Notes: generated by a model not told the origin, from the sequence alone. Counted from the first letter of the stretch, positions 1 through 10,808 are shown. The stretch is 64,000 nt of DNA from Marispirochaeta sp. (GCA_963676835.2 CAXXFF010000003.1:352001-416000); one strand, 5' to 3'. Translations and numbers: made by a program.

Positions 1-1
1 A

Positions 2-193
2 GACACTGCGGTAGAAACGGAAGATGCGGCAGCCCAGGAGATTACCGAAGAGCCGGAAGAATCAGTTAAGTTGGAAGAGTCTGCTTCCAATGAATCAGAG
101 CTGGAAGAGACTGAGCATGAGGATCCTGCCGTAAATGAACTCATGGAAGAAGAACAGCCTGAAGACAACGGCGCTGAACTGGATATTTTTTAA
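2..193 (+). CDS. 3' end of an acidic protein, probably spirochaete ZapB-like cell division protein (partial)
   Basis: Open frame DTAVETEDAAAQEITEEPEES...ELDIF, stop TAA at 191-193; lies directly upstream of zapA. Confidence 0.5.
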   Translation, partial: DTAVETEDAAAQEITEEPEESVKLEESASNESELEETEHEDPAVNELMEEEQPEDNGAELDIF

Positions 194-201
194 ATCGATA
201 A

Positions 202-495
202 ATGAGAAAGGAACCGATCAGCATAGATCTACTCGGGACAACACTCAGGGTTAACACCGATGAGGATCCCGGGTACCTTTCTCAATTGATCGAATACCTG
301 CAACAGAAAACCATTGATGTAAAAAACAACTCCCGACTGGACGATCCGCTCAAGATTTCTATCCTTACATCCCTTTTTCTTATCGATGAACTGTTTAAAG
401 AAAGAATATCTCCGGAAAGCCGGGATAATGCAGAAGACCTTGAGGTGATTGCCACCAGCATGCTCCGTAAACTTGAATCAACACTGGAAAAGTAA
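202..495 (+). CDS. zapA: Cell division protein ZapA
   Basis: ISIDLLGTTLRVNTDEDPGYL...KISILTSLFLIDELF fits the ZapA pattern; 97 aa. Confidence 0.75.
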   Translation: MRKEPISIDLLGTTLRVNTDEDPGYLSQLIEYLQQKTIDVKNNSRLDDPLKISILTSLFLIDELFKERISPESRDNAEDLEVIATSMLRKLESTLEK

Positions 496-510
496 TCTTT
501 CTAATTTTCA

Positions 511-539
511 TTGACACACCCCTTAGGGCTAGTTACTAT
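511..539 (+). promoter_or_regulatory. Sigma70-type promoter of the PilZ gene
   Basis: TTGACA(511-516)-17 nt-TACTAT(534-539); ATG at 550 with no SD. Confidence 0.6.
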
Positions 540-549
540 CATTTACTAT

Positions 550-1368
550 ATGGCCCTGATAACAAGTCAGCAATTGACTGAATACTATAACAACTTCAAG
601 AGTACCAACCTTACTTTTACAAAAGATGTCATCAGGGCCACAGCCCTGCTGTCAAAGTTTACCCAGCTAAAATGCCTCGGGGATCACTGGCCTTGCGTTC
701 TTTATTCATGCAGCATGGAACAGGCACGTATAATTGCAAGCCTGACAAAAGGTTTTCACGAAAAACTTCGCTCCGCCAATAATATGGTTTCTCTGCATCT
801 CTCTTTCAGCCAGGAAGACAAGAGCAGTCCTTTAAGTTTCTTTATAAACAGTAAAATTATCGGCTTTACCCCGTACGATAAAAATAAACCGGAACTCAAT
901 TTTCTCAGCCTGGAATTTACCCAGCATCCACCAGATGATCTTATCAGTATTATTGGCTCTATTCTGCATGCAAATGAAAACTCTGCAAAACGGAAAGAAG
1001 ACAGAATAGAAATAACCGCAGATAACCTGAGAAACCTCCCCTTCTCCGCCAAAACAACCCTGATCTACATTGACGGCATCCCCCGAAAATGTATCCTTCG
1101 GGATGTTTCCTATGGTGGCTCAAAACTTATTCTGCCAGGTATCGGCAAATTTCTTATGAACAAAGAAGCCATTCTCAGAATTGAATATGGCGAATCCAAC
1201 AAAAAAGTTCTTATCCCCGGAAAAATTATCCGCACAGAGGGTGTAGCCGGAAGGAAAGATCTAACCACTGCCGCATTGGCATTCTTTGAAGAGAAAGTCC
1301 CCTATGATTATAAACTTCTTCTTACAGAGTTCTTCAATGCTAACCGAATAAAGGGTAAAAAACGCTGA
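550..1368 (+). CDS. PilZ-domain c-di-GMP receptor (spirochaete PlzA-like)
   Basis: RKEDR (RxxxR) and DVSYGG (DxSxxG) motifs; start moved to ATG 550 because the TTG at 511 is the -35 box. Confidence 0.8.
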   Translation: MALITSQQLTEYYNNFKSTNLTFTKDVIRATALLSKFTQLKCLGDHWPCVLYSCSMEQARIIASLTKGFHEKLRSANNMVSLHLSFSQEDKSSPLSFFINSKIIGFTPYDKNKPELNFLSLEFTQHPPDDLISIIGSILHANENSAKRKEDRIEITADNLRNLPFSAKTTLIYIDGIPRKCILRDVSYGGSKLILPGIGKFLMNKEAILRIEYGESNKKVLIPGKIIRTEGVAGRKDLTTAALAFFEEKVPYDYKLLLTEFFNANRIKGKKR

Positions 1369-1369
1369 T

Positions 1370-2461
1370 ATGCCGGTAAATCCTCTTAATTCCGTTTTTT
1401 TTATTTCAGTGCCCGAGGGGCTTGAGCATTCAATCGATAACTTTACAATAGATTCTTCAATTCTGCTTCCTGTTGAGCTGAAGCCGGGAGAAACCGAACT
1501 CGACTTAGGCTCGATCACCTGGGAAATGATTATATCCGGTATGCTGAGGGTCCTTACATGGGACAGTGAAAACGAGCATCTTGATTACTACAGGAAATTT
1601 GTTCTTCAGGTAAAACCCAATATTGAATCCGACCTGGTAACCGCAGGAATAGAAAAGGCAAAACAGGGTGAATACGAACTGGCGGAGGAACTGTTCACCA
1701 CCGCCCTTGCAGCTGTACCAGGATCAACCGCCAGCCTGTATAACCTGGCACAAATTTATGAAACCCGGGCGAGAGCCTATAGGGAACTTGGAGAAAAAGA
1801 TCTTGAGCAGGAGTATCTTCAGAAAACCCTGAGGGCATACCATAAGGTTTGTGCAGGAGCTCCGGAACAGGCTCAGATACTTAAGTCTGCAGCAGAGTTT
1901 TATCTGAGAATCGGCGACAATGAAAACGCTCTGAACAGCTTTAAAGCCCTTTCCGATCTCGAAGACTCCAGGGAAATACGTGAGGCCATCAGCGAACTGA
2001 ATATGCGCAAAGAACTGGACGAAAGCTTCAAAGCTGCCTACGATGCCATACTTCAGGGCAAAGAGGATCAGGCAGTCAAACTTATTGATGATTTTCTCAA
2101 AGTGAACGACCAAACCTGGACAGCATGGTTTCTGAGGGGATGGGCGTTGCGTCGTTTGGGCCATTTTGAAGAAGCCATTGATAATTTCCAACAGGCCCTT
2201 GGACTATCCGGCCCTCAGACTGATTTATATAACGAGCTTTCAATATGCACCATGGAAACAGGCCTTCTCAATGAAAGTAGACATTATCTTGAGAAAGCCC
2301 TGGAAATAGAGCCGGATAACGTGAAAATCATATCGAATCTCGGCATTGTATCCCTTAAAGAGGGAAATAAAAAAGCCGCTGCGAGGTTCTTTTCAAAAGT
2401 GCTTGAACTAGACCCCAATGATACAATAGCAGGAGAATACCTGGCTTACCTCCAGGAATAA
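1370..2461 (+). CDS. Tetratricopeptide repeat protein
   Basis: Repeated TPR motifs (AWFLRGWALRRLGHFEEAIDNFQQAL; IISNLGIVSLKEGNKKAAARFFSKVLELDP). Confidence 0.8.
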   Translation: MPVNPLNSVFFISVPEGLEHSIDNFTIDSSILLPVELKPGETELDLGSITWEMIISGMLRVLTWDSENEHLDYYRKFVLQVKPNIESDLVTAGIEKAKQGEYELAEELFTTALAAVPGSTASLYNLAQIYETRARAYRELGEKDLEQEYLQKTLRAYHKVCAGAPEQAQILKSAAEFYLRIGDNENALNSFKALSDLEDSREIREAISELNMRKELDESFKAAYDAILQGKEDQAVKLIDDFLKVNDQTWTAWFLRGWALRRLGHFEEAIDNFQQALGLSGPQTDLYNELSICTMETGLLNESRHYLEKALEIEPDNVKIISNLGIVSLKEGNKKAAARFFSKVLELDPNDTIAGEYLAYLQE

Positions 2462-2788
2462 GCTCAGCACTTTCATCTTCGTTTCAACTCACGTTACCCT
2501 CTCACCATCCCCACTATCTACTGTTACCCATACAGTCTCCCCCATTTGGGCGAAAATGCCATGAAAGGTTTTTTGCATACAGGCAGCATGGTGCTTTCGG
2601 CTAAAACAGTTTTCCCATTAGTTTTTTTTCATTTTTTTTCTTATTTTCCTCAAGTTTTAAAGGGGGGGCATCCGAACTTTTGAATAGGGAATAGCAGAAT
2701 TCCGCTCCCCTGGCCAGGGCATTCTGCTTCCTTATTCTGTTTATCGGAATCTTAAATCGAGGGTTTAGCGGAAACTTTCGAAAAATTG

Positions 2789-2815
2789 TTAAAAAAGGCA
2801 AGGATGCCTTTTTAA
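2789..2815 (+). promoter_or_regulatory. CsrA-binding hairpin in flaB1 leader
   Basis: AAAAAGGCA-AGGA-TGCCTTTTT stem with GGA in the loop; a second ATGGAGG overlaps the SD. Confidence 0.65.
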
Positions 2816-2842
2816 GATACCTATCTTTTCATGGAGGAAGAG

Positions 2843-3703
2843 ATGATCATTAACCACAATATGAGTGCGATCTTTGCAAACAATCGCCTCGCAACCACCA
2901 ACAAGACTGTCCAGAAAGACATGGAAAAACTTTCATCTGGTATGCGGATCAACCGTGCCGGTGATGACGCATCGGGACTCGCTGTATCTGAGAAAATGCG
3001 TTCCCAGATCAGAGGTCTGAAACAGGCTTCTGCCAATGCTGAAAACGGCATCTCCTTTATCCAGACTACCGAAGGTTACATGCAGGAATCTCAGGATATT
3101 CTGCACCGTATGCGTGAACTGGCTGTACAGTCCGCCAACGGAATCTACTCCGACGAAGACAGGATGCAGATCCAGGTTGAAATTTCCCAGCTTGTTGATG
3201 AAATCGACCGCATTGCCAGTCATGCCCAGTTCAACGGAATGAACATGCTTACCGGCCGGTTTGCTGTTGATATGGGTGAAAACACCGTTACCGCTTCCAT
3301 GTGGTTCCACATTGGTGCAAACATGGACCAGAGAGAACGTGTTTACATCGGTACCATGACTTCACAGGCACTTGGTGTTCGTGACATCGGTTCAAGCGAA
3401 ATCCTGAGCATGTCCTCCCCCGACAGCGCCAACCGTGCTATCGGAACTCTGGACAGCGCCCTCAAGAAGGTTAACAAGCAGCGTGCCGACCTCGGTGCCT
3501 ACCAGAACCGTCTTGAGCATGCCGTTGTAGGTATTACTGTTGGTGCAGAAAACCTCCAGGCAGCTGAATCACGGATCCGTGACGTAGACATGGCTTCTCA
3601 GATGGTGGATTACTCCAAAAACCAGATTCTTGTACAGTCCGGAACTGCAATGCTGGCCCAGGCCAACATGAAAACACAGACTGTGTTGCAACTTCTGGGT
3701 TAG
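2843..3703 (+). CDS. flaB: Flagellar filament core protein FlaB (flagellin), copy 1
   Basis: MIINHNMSA...[32 protein letters not shown]...QNRLE...[18 protein letters not shown] before ATG 2843. Confidence 0.95.
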   Translation: MIINHNMSAIFANNRLATTNKTVQKDMEKLSSGMRINRAGDDASGLAVSEKMRSQIRGLKQASANAENGISFIQTTEGYMQESQDILHRMRELAVQSANGIYSDEDRMQIQVEISQLVDEIDRIASHAQFNGMNMLTGRFAVDMGENTVTASMWFHIGANMDQRERVYIGTMTSQALGVRDIGSSEILSMSSPDSANRAIGTLDSALKKVNKQRADLGAYQNRLEHAVVGITVGAENLQAAESRIRDVDMASQMVDYSKNQILVQSGTAMLAQANMKTQTVLQLLG

Positions 3704-3897
3704 AGGGTTATATTTAAAGGTAAGACCGTCAGTTCTTTGAAATAGACCCTCTAATGAGAATGTCCGGTATTGGGAGTTCTTCCGCTATCACACACGGCGG
3801 AAGGCCTCCCTGTTACCGTTACATGGCAAGAACGGATCGGAAGATGCGCGGTGAAAACCAGCTTCCGGCTGTGTAACAGTGACATTCTCAAGCGTTC

Positions 3898-3916
3898 AGA
3901 AGCAAAGGATGCTTCT
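3898..3916 (+). promoter_or_regulatory. CsrA-binding hairpin in flaB2 leader
   Basis: AGAAGCA-AAGGA-TGCTTCT stem-loop; CAGGAGG at the SD. Confidence 0.65.
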
Positions 3917-3940
3917 ATTTAACGTTTCCAGGAGGGTTTT

Positions 3941-4786
3941 ATGATAATTAATCACAACTTGTCAGCCATGTACGCTAACCGGAATCTTGCCGTAAAAGGT
4001 AAAGATGTCAATTCCAACATTGAGAAGCTCAGTTCCGGTATGCGTATCAACAAGGCCGGCGACGATGCTTCGGGGCTTGCAGTATCTGAAAAGCTGCGGA
4101 GTCAGATTCGTGGACTTAACCAGGCTGAACGCAACATCGAAAATGGAGTAACTTTCATTCAGACGACTGAAGGATACCTCCAGGAGACACAGGATATTCT
4201 CCACAGATTACGCGAACTGTCTGTACAATCTGCCAACGGTATCTACTCTGATGAGGACCGTATGCAGATCCAGGTTGAAGTCTCTCAGCTGGTTGATGAA
4301 ATCAACCGAATTGCAAGTCACGCGCAGTTCAACGGCATGAACATGCTTACCGGCGCTTTTGCAAACGGTGCAGACCGGGTCATGCAGTTCCAGGTAGGAG
4401 CTAACATGGACCAGAGCGAGCGTGTGTACATTGGTACCATGACCGCCCAGGCACTCGGTCTCCAGGGAGCACAGGGTTCTACCGAGATGATCTCCATCTC
4501 TACCCCTGAGTCGGCAAACATGGCTATCGGAATGGTTGATAGCGCACTGAGAACAGTATCAAAACAACGTGCTGACCTTGGTGCATATCAGAACAGGTTT
4601 GATGAAGCCTCTAAAGGCGTCGCAATCGCTGCTGAGAACCTTCAGGCTGCAGAGTCACGAATCCGTGACGTAGACATGGCCCAGGAGATGGTAGAATATG
4701 CAAAAAACCAGATCCTTACCCAGTCTGGCTCAGCTATGCTGGCTCAGGCCAACATGAAGACTCAGTCCGTTCTTCAGCTGATGTAA
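3941..4786 (+). CDS. flaB: Flagellar filament core protein FlaB (flagellin), copy 2
   Basis: Flagellin N- and C-terminal motifs; close paralogue of 2843-3703. Confidence 0.95.
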   Translation: MIINHNLSAMYANRNLAVKGKDVNSNIEKLSSGMRINKAGDDASGLAVSEKLRSQIRGLNQAERNIENGVTFIQTTEGYLQETQDILHRLRELSVQSANGIYSDEDRMQIQVEVSQLVDEINRIASHAQFNGMNMLTGAFANGADRVMQFQVGANMDQSERVYIGTMTAQALGLQGAQGSTEMISISTPESANMAIGMVDSALRTVSKQRADLGAYQNRFDEASKGVAIAAENLQAAESRIRDVDMAQEMVEYAKNQILTQSGSAMLAQANMKTQSVLQLM

Positions 4787-4845
4787 ATTCATATTCCGTT
4801 CATTACAAGGTACAAAGAGATATCTGGACGTCATCTCTGGGTACC

Positions 4846-4890
4846 GGGGATCGGGAAGGACCGCGCACCTTCCCTGCTCCTTTATTTCAT
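4846..4890 (+). terminator. Probable intrinsic terminator after flaB2
   Basis: GGGGATCGGGAAGG...CCTTCCCTGCTCC stem followed by TTTATTT. Confidence 0.5.
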
Positions 4891-4951
4891 ATTTGCACCA
4901 TCGCCTTACAGCGAACTGACCGTTAACCGGGGACTCAGTATTTCTGTTCCC

Positions 4952-5329
4952 ATGGAGAAAACGATGGACCTAGATATCAATGCCATCGGTCTTGGCGCAA
5001 CAGTTAATGACCCGAGAAGGGATGCAGCGGCACGGAAGCCAGAGCGTCCGGCTCAGGTAAAGACCGAAACTAAAAAATCTCAGTTACCTCTCGAACGATC
5101 ACTATCACCGGATGAAGTGCAGAGAATGTTAAGAGAAATAGTAAATTTCTCTGATGCCTTTAATCGCAAACTTCAATTTTCAGTAAATAACGACCTTAAT
5201 CAGGTGGTAGTAAAGGTGATTGACCGGGACACCGATAAAGTAATAAAGGAAATCCCCCATGAAGGGCTGCAGCGACTGCACATGCGGCTCAAGGAGGCCG
5301 TCGGGCTGCTCTTCGATGAGGAGATTTAA
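4952..5329 (+). CDS. flaG: Flagellar protein FlaG
   Basis: KLQFSVNNDLNQVVVKVIDRDTDKVIKEIP motif; lies between flagellin and fliD (true start may be ATG 4964). Confidence 0.85.
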   Translation: MEKTMDLDINAIGLGATVNDPRRDAAARKPERPAQVKTETKKSQLPLERSLSPDEVQRMLREIVNFSDAFNRKLQFSVNNDLNQVVVKVIDRDTDKVIKEIPHEGLQRLHMRLKEAVGLLFDEEI

Positions 5330-5359
5330 CGCCAGTCATATAAAGGACTTAAGCGGCCA

Positions 5360-7357
5360 ATGTCCGATTTCTCTATACCGGGTGTTTCCAGTAAATACAA
5401 TACAGATAAACTCATAGAAGATCTCATGAAGCTTGAACGCGTTCCTCTTGAGCGGGCAGAGGAACGTATCGATAAATTTGAGCTTCAGAAAACCAACTGG
5501 CAGGAGATGAACCGGGACCTGGCCAGGGTTGATGAGAATGCCAAGAAGTTATACGGATTCCAGAACCCTTTTATGGACCGTATTGCCGATTCCGATAACG
5601 AGCGGGTTCTTACTGCAACGGCAACCCGGGAAGCGGTAGAAGAAACCCGTTCTATACGGGTAATACAGACAGCCAAAGCAGACCGTTTTCTCAGTGACAA
5701 TCTGGACACCGACTTCCATGTTGAAAGCGGAGAGTATACCCTTTCCGTAGGAGACCAGAGCTTCAGCTTCAACTATTCCGGAGGAACCCTGCGGGACTTT
5801 GCCTCTATTGTTCAGCGCAGAAGCAATGGACTGATTCGAACTTCAGTTGTAAAGAATACACCAGATACGCAGGTGCTGCTTATTGAGGGTACCAAGACCG
5901 GATCGAGCAACCGTCTCGAGTTTAAGGATGAGGCAAAAACTTTTGCCTTAAGCACCGGGCTCCTTCAGGAACATGTAGCCAACAGTAGAAACATTCAGCC
6001 CTCAGAAACAAACGTTAAGCCCCTCGAGGGGTCGGCAAATCTTATAGAGGAAGGCTTAAGCGTTGATCCCCAAAGCAGCCGTGAAATACTCTTCACACCT
6101 GCGGTGAACCCTGGCGAGGATGATATTGTCGAGTTTACCGTAACTGTTGAAAAACTCGAGGAGACTCCCTACGTGGTGCCGGATCCACCACCCGGCCCAA
6201 CCGCCCCAGGCCCAGGGACGGTAAGTCTGGAAGGTATAAGCATTAGTAATCTGGCATCCAGTCCGGATTTACCTGCATGGGCTGCCCCTCCCCCTCCGGA
6301 AAAAGTGTTAGACATGAATGTTCTTACATTCACCGGCAGCTCAAAAGTACCGGTTAATATCAGCGATATTGAAACACCTCAGAAAATAAGCCTTAAAGCC
6401 TCAGATCTTCCATCGACACTGAATTCTCTGATAATAGACAACCAAAATACCCATAGGCGCATAACAGTTTCGCAAATAAATATCTACAATCCCAATGCCA
6501 GGGGAGACGCTGAACCGAAAAATCCGGTAGATACCGCAAACAATGCAATTATTGAAGTTGACGGAATTGAAGTTATCCGGGAATCAAATGAGATAGACGA
6601 TATAATCCAGGGGGTCACCCTCAACCTGAAACACGCAGACCCCGACCCGGTGGAGATCAATGTTACACCCGACAGGGAAACAGTAAAAGACAGTATCATT
6701 GAGTTCATCGGATACTATAATCAGTTGATCAGTCAGATAAATATCTATACCAGCCGTGACGATGCTGTCATCAACGAGCTGGACTATCTTGATGACGATG
6801 AACGCGAAAAAGCCCAGGAACAGCTCGGACTGTTTCAGGGCGAAAGCAGCCTGACTCAGATGAAAACCCGTCTGCAGACGATAATGATGAACCCCTACAC
6901 TACCCGCGAAGGCAGCGAAATGTCTCTGCTTGCCCAGATGGGGATTTCTACCAACTCATCCACCGGCGGCGAATTAAGAACTTCAAGGCTTCGGGGATAT
7001 CTGGAAATCGATGAAAATGCCCTCGACAAGGCCCTTGAAACGCGTCTCGATGCAGTAAAAGATCTATTCGGCTATGATTCAGACGGAGATCTCATTGTGG
7101 ACCAGGGAGTAGGCTTTTCGGTAGATGCTTATATAAAGCCTTACATACAGACAGGCGGCATAATCGCCTATAAAACCTCAGCCATAGACGGGCAGATTGA
7201 CCGTACAAACAGAGAAATTGACAGTCTCGAACGCAGTCTGGAGAGGAAGGAACAGCAGCTTCGCAGAGAGTATGGTATGATGGAAGGAGCACTGCAGCAA
7301 ATGCAGGAGAACTCCAAAGCTCTGGATAATTTCAGCAGCAACGGAAACGGCAACTGA
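5360..7357 (+). CDS. fliD: Flagellar filament capping protein FliD
   Basis: IPGVSSKYNTDKLIEDLM N-terminus, SNEIDDIIQGVTLNL, C-terminal coiled coil. Confidence 0.92.
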   Translation: MSDFSIPGVSSKYNTDKLIEDLMKLERVPLERAEERIDKFELQKTNWQEMNRDLARVDENAKKLYGFQNPFMDRIADSDNERVLTATATREAVEETRSIRVIQTAKADRFLSDNLDTDFHVESGEYTLSVGDQSFSFNYSGGTLRDFASIVQRRSNGLIRTSVVKNTPDTQVLLIEGTKTGSSNRLEFKDEAKTFALSTGLLQEHVANSRNIQPSETNVKPLEGSANLIEEGLSVDPQSSREILFTPAVNPGEDDIVEFTVTVEKLEETPYVVPDPPPGPTAPGPGTVSLEGISISNLASSPDLPAWAAPPPPEKVLDMNVLTFTGSSKVPVNISDIETPQKISLKASDLPSTLNSLIIDNQNTHRRITVSQINIYNPNARGDAEPKNPVDTANNAIIEVDGIEVIRESNEIDDIIQGVTLNLKHADPDPVEINVTPDRETVKDSIIEFIGYYNQLISQINIYTSRDDAVINELDYLDDDEREKAQEQLGLFQGESSLTQMKTRLQTIMMNPYTTREGSEMSLLAQMGISTNSSTGGELRTSRLRGYLEIDENALDKALETRLDAVKDLFGYDSDGDLIVDQGVGFSVDAYIKPYIQTGGIIAYKTSAIDGQIDRTNREIDSLERSLERKEQQLRREYGMMEGALQQMQENSKALDNFSSNGNGN

Positions 7358-7373
7358 CAGGTAAAAGGATAGT

Positions 7374-8288
7374 ATGGAAGTACGAGTTAATGATAACCCT
7401 ATTGATGTTCGCCTTGAAAATGAAACCAATGCCAGAGAAGTGCTCCAGCAGCTGGACAGCTGGCTTTTAGGAGAAGGATTTTTCATATCCAGCGTCCTTG
7501 TTAACGAAACAGCAACTACACCTTCAGACACCGTTTTTCTCGAAGCATGCAAGGTGGACGAAATCCATCAGATCAATATAGTTGCGCTGCCCCTGGATGA
7601 AATGGCCTATGAACGCTTTTCTACGCTGCTGAACTTTTTCAGTTATTTTCTTCATGGAGTAAACAGCGGCGAGCATAAGCTGATTTCAGACCTCCACAAG
7701 GAACTCCCTCATATCCTGGACAGTATTGATTATATTCTTGGCCTCAGAGTGGGCAGTAAACCTGTTTCAGAGGCGCTGAAAAACCTTTTTGAAGAGTTTA
7801 CCCTTACAGAGAATGACTATTTCTGTCCCGAAAACCTGAAGGCTTTTCTCGCAAATCTCTGTTTTTATATTGAAAGCAGGATTAGAGAAATAGCCAATCC
7901 GCTCCTGGAGCTTAAATCCGGAATATCCCTCATAGAAACACAGATACCGATACTTGAAGAGATTCCTCTCCTTCTTCAGACAGGGAAAGAACGGGAAGCA
8001 ATGGAAAAGGTCATTGCTTTTTCTGAAATCCATGAAAAACTTACCCGGATTTTCTCGCTCCTGAGAGACGAAAACCGTGAAGAAATCTTCGGGCTGAGCA
8101 TTGATGGTTCCTCGTTTATGGAGTTTTTTAAAAACCTCAACCTACATTTTCAGGAACTTACAGAAGCCATGGAATCGGAAGATACGATCCTTATCGGCGA
8201 TCTTCTTGAATATGAGATTGCACCTAAAATTGAGATGCTCACCACTGTACTCAATACTTTACCCTCCCTCGCAGGAAGCAGCTCATGA
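7374..8288 (+). CDS. Conserved hypothetical protein of flagellar region
   Basis: 304-aa ORF with SD; C-terminal DTILIGDLLEYEIAP motif; no function recognised. Confidence 0.7.
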   Translation: MEVRVNDNPIDVRLENETNAREVLQQLDSWLLGEGFFISSVLVNETATTPSDTVFLEACKVDEIHQINIVALPLDEMAYERFSTLLNFFSYFLHGVNSGEHKLISDLHKELPHILDSIDYILGLRVGSKPVSEALKNLFEEFTLTENDYFCPENLKAFLANLCFYIESRIREIANPLLELKSGISLIETQIPILEEIPLLLQTGKEREAMEKVIAFSEIHEKLTRIFSLLRDENREEIFGLSIDGSSFMEFFKNLNLHFQELTEAMESEDTILIGDLLEYEIAPKIEMLTTVLNTLPSLAGSSS

Positions 8289-9376
8289 TGTTTTTACTGC
8301 AGACAAATTTTCAATGGAAGGAAACTGACCCTATTTCAGGTATTATTGCGGCTGTAATTTTTGGAGCTTTTATCCTTTTTCTGGTAATAGCCAATAATGC
8401 TTCAGGGGCCGGTAAAAGCGGCGGTGGAGGAAGCGGCGGTAAAGGTTCAAAAAGGTCCTTCAGGCTCAATGCGCGTAAAATCGGGTTGAGCCGGCCTCAA
8501 CTCAGAACCCTTGAAAATCTCGGCAAGCGATATAATGTAGGAAATTTAAATTCACTTCTATCGAGCTCAGCACAACTTGACAACCTGCTGAAAAAGGCTA
8601 TCCAGAGCATAAACGGACAGAGTGCTTCTGAAGCCGAGAAAGAGACACAGAAGCTGCAGCTCTATCGCATAAAACAGCTGATCGAACGAAATGCAACCCG
8701 CAAAAAGGTATTCACCGGCACCAAGCAGCTTATTGCAGGGACCCGCCTGGTGCTTACCCCTGAAGGCGGTGGTCGTTATCAAAGCAAGATACTTACCAAC
8801 CTTAAGGGAGTACTTGCAGTAAGCGTTCCGGCGGACAGTGCAGGAAGTCAGCTTAGATGGAAACGCTGGTCCAAAGTAAATGCTTTTTTCTGGAAATCAA
8901 ATGGACAGGGCTTCTCATTTTCCACAAAGGTAAACGGCTACGGTAAAGTACGCACCTTTGATGCTCTTTTGCTTAATCACAGTAATCATATTGTGCAGGC
9001 TCAACAGCGCAGGTTCCGCAGAAGAAGCATAGAACGCCCCACCTACTTTTACCCGGTAAAAATACTCAGCGACGGCATTGGAAAGAATGCAAAAAAGCGG
9101 GCAATTGTTGAGAACCGCCGCGGAACACTTGCTACAATGCTGGATATTTCCGCCGGCGGATGCAGCATCCGCTCTATTCACCCCCTTACTGCGGGAGAGT
9201 TGATCAAAGTGGATTTTGAGACTGAAATGAACAGTTCTGTCTCCTTCTACGGCAAGGTTATCAACACCCGAAAAGCACATCCCCATGGGGGCATAATGCA
9301 TATCCGGTTTACCCGTATAAGCAAACAGAATTTAAACAGCATTAATGCATATGTTTATAATTACCAGGACGAATAG
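8285..9376 (+). CDS. Membrane-anchored PilZ-domain (flagellar brake-like) protein
   Basis: N-terminal TM helix; QQRRFRR (RxxxR) and DISAGG motifs. Confidence 0.8.
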   Translation: MMFLLQTNFQWKETDPISGIIAAVIFGAFILFLVIANNASGAGKSGGGGSGGKGSKRSFRLNARKIGLSRPQLRTLENLGKRYNVGNLNSLLSSSAQLDNLLKKAIQSINGQSASEAEKETQKLQLYRIKQLIERNATRKKVFTGTKQLIAGTRLVLTPEGGGRYQSKILTNLKGVLAVSVPADSAGSQLRWKRWSKVNAFFWKSNGQGFSFSTKVNGYGKVRTFDALLLNHSNHIVQAQQRRFRRRSIERPTYFYPVKILSDGIGKNAKKRAIVENRRGTLATMLDISAGGCSIRSIHPLTAGELIKVDFETEMNSSVSFYGKVINTRKAHPHGGIMHIRFTRISKQNLNSINAYVYNYQDE

Positions 9377-9433
9377 TATTTTCCCAGATACAAATTATTG
9401 ACCCGCGTATTCATTTCGCCTACAGTTACTGTT

Positions 9434-9694
9434 ATGAAAATCCTTGAGATTCGGAATCTTGCCAAGAAAGAAACACACCTGCACTATCGGAATGAATATT
9501 CCGGATCTTTGATCTATTCCTTCAGCGGAGGAGAAGAAGAAGCGGATCTTACGTTCAGTCTTGAACGCACCGCTACCGGGCAGAAACATATCAGCATCAA
9601 TTTTCCTTCATCAATCCATTACCCCCTTATCCCGGCAATCCGTAAGGTTAAGGAGTATGTCATCGAGCTCGAAAACCGCGGAGCTCTTGTTTGA
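9434..9694 (+). CDS. Small conserved hypothetical protein
   Basis: ORF coupled to tsaE; start 9434 follows TTGACC-17-TACAGT. Confidence 0.65.
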   Translation: MKILEIRNLAKKETHLHYRNEYSGSLIYSFSGGEEEADLTFSLERTATGQKHISINFPSSIHYPLIPAIRKVKEYVIELENRGALV

Positions 9695-10131
9695 ACAGTT
9701 ATCTCTGTAAATCAGCTGAAGAAACAATCGATCTTGGCAAAAAGCTTGCAGGATCTTTTGAAAAAGGTACAATAATAAGCCTTGAAGGGGGGCTGGGAGC
9801 AGGAAAGACAACTCTGGCAAAGGGCATTATTACAGGCCTTGGTGTTACTGAAACCATAACAAGCCCCACCTACACTATTATCTCCGAATATATGGGAAAA
9901 TTTCCTGTATATCATATGGATCTTTACCGGGTAGAAGAGGAAGAAGAGCTGTATAACCTCGGCCTGGATGACTATTTTTACGGAGGCGGGATTTCTCTGG
10001 TTGAATGGATGGAACGTCTTCCTGAGCTTCCAGATCAATTTACGCGAATAGTTATAGAAGTGACGGAAGATCACAGCTCCCGCAAAATCAGCCTTGAAAA
10101 GGTTGATCAGAAAGCGAAGAGCACCAACTGA
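9691..10131 (+). CDS. tsaE: tRNA threonylcarbamoyladenosine biosynthesis ATPase TsaE
   Basis: GGLGAGKTT, SPTYTII, HMDLYR, VEW motifs. Confidence 0.95.
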   Translation: MNSYLCKSAEETIDLGKKLAGSFEKGTIISLEGGLGAGKTTLAKGIITGLGVTETITSPTYTIISEYMGKFPVYHMDLYRVEEEEELYNLGLDDYFYGGGISLVEWMERLPELPDQFTRIVIEVTEDHSSRKISLEKVDQKAKSTN

Positions 10132-10808
10132 TGAATATCCTTGCCTTCGATACATCAACAGCAGTCCTTTCGGTTGCAGCACAAACCAGCAATGGAGATC
10201 GTTCATCCTCGATTGTCGACATGGGTCTTCGTCATGGTGAGCTGCTTGCTCCCGAAATTAACCGCATACTTGAAACTCTATCAATCAAAATTGCCGATCT
10301 TGATCTGATTATTTGTACCAGAGGACCGGGGTCATTTACCGGATTGCGTATAGGCATGGCAACTGCAAAGGGAATCTCCTCTGGTGCCGGAATTCCAATG
10401 ATATCAGTTAATCTGCCTGATGTTCTCTTTCAACCCTACAGCTTCTATGACGGCCCGGTAATACCTGTAATTGATGCGAAAAAGAACCGCTTTTATGGTG
10501 GCACCTTTATTAACGGAGCCTTATCTGGCGAATACTTTGATCTTGATGCAGAGACTGTCATCACAAATTTTGTAAAGGATAAACCCGCCCTCATTACCGG
10601 CCCTGATGCGGACCTTTTCAAATCCCGACTCCCCAACCCGGGGGCTAATTATTTCGCAGCATCCCCGCCGGTTTTGATATATAACCTTATTGCCATTGGA
10701 ATAAAAAAGTTTAACACCCGGGGAGCCGATGCTCCCGGGCAGGGCCCTCTGTATATTCGTAAAAGTGATGCAGAATTATCACTGGAGAGCCGCCATGGAA
10801 CTGGATAA
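10131..10808 (+). CDS. tsaB: tRNA threonylcarbamoyladenosine biosynthesis protein TsaB
   Basis: ILAFDTST, GPGSFTGLRIG, IDAKK motifs. Confidence 0.93.
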   Translation: MNILAFDTSTAVLSVAAQTSNGDRSSSIVDMGLRHGELLAPEINRILETLSIKIADLDLIICTRGPGSFTGLRIGMATAKGISSGAGIPMISVNLPDVLFQPYSFYDGPVIPVIDAKKNRFYGGTFINGALSGEYFDLDAETVITNFVKDKPALITGPDADLFKSRLPNPGANYFAASPPVLIYNLIAIGIKKFNTRGADAPGQGPLYIRKSDAELSLESRHGTG

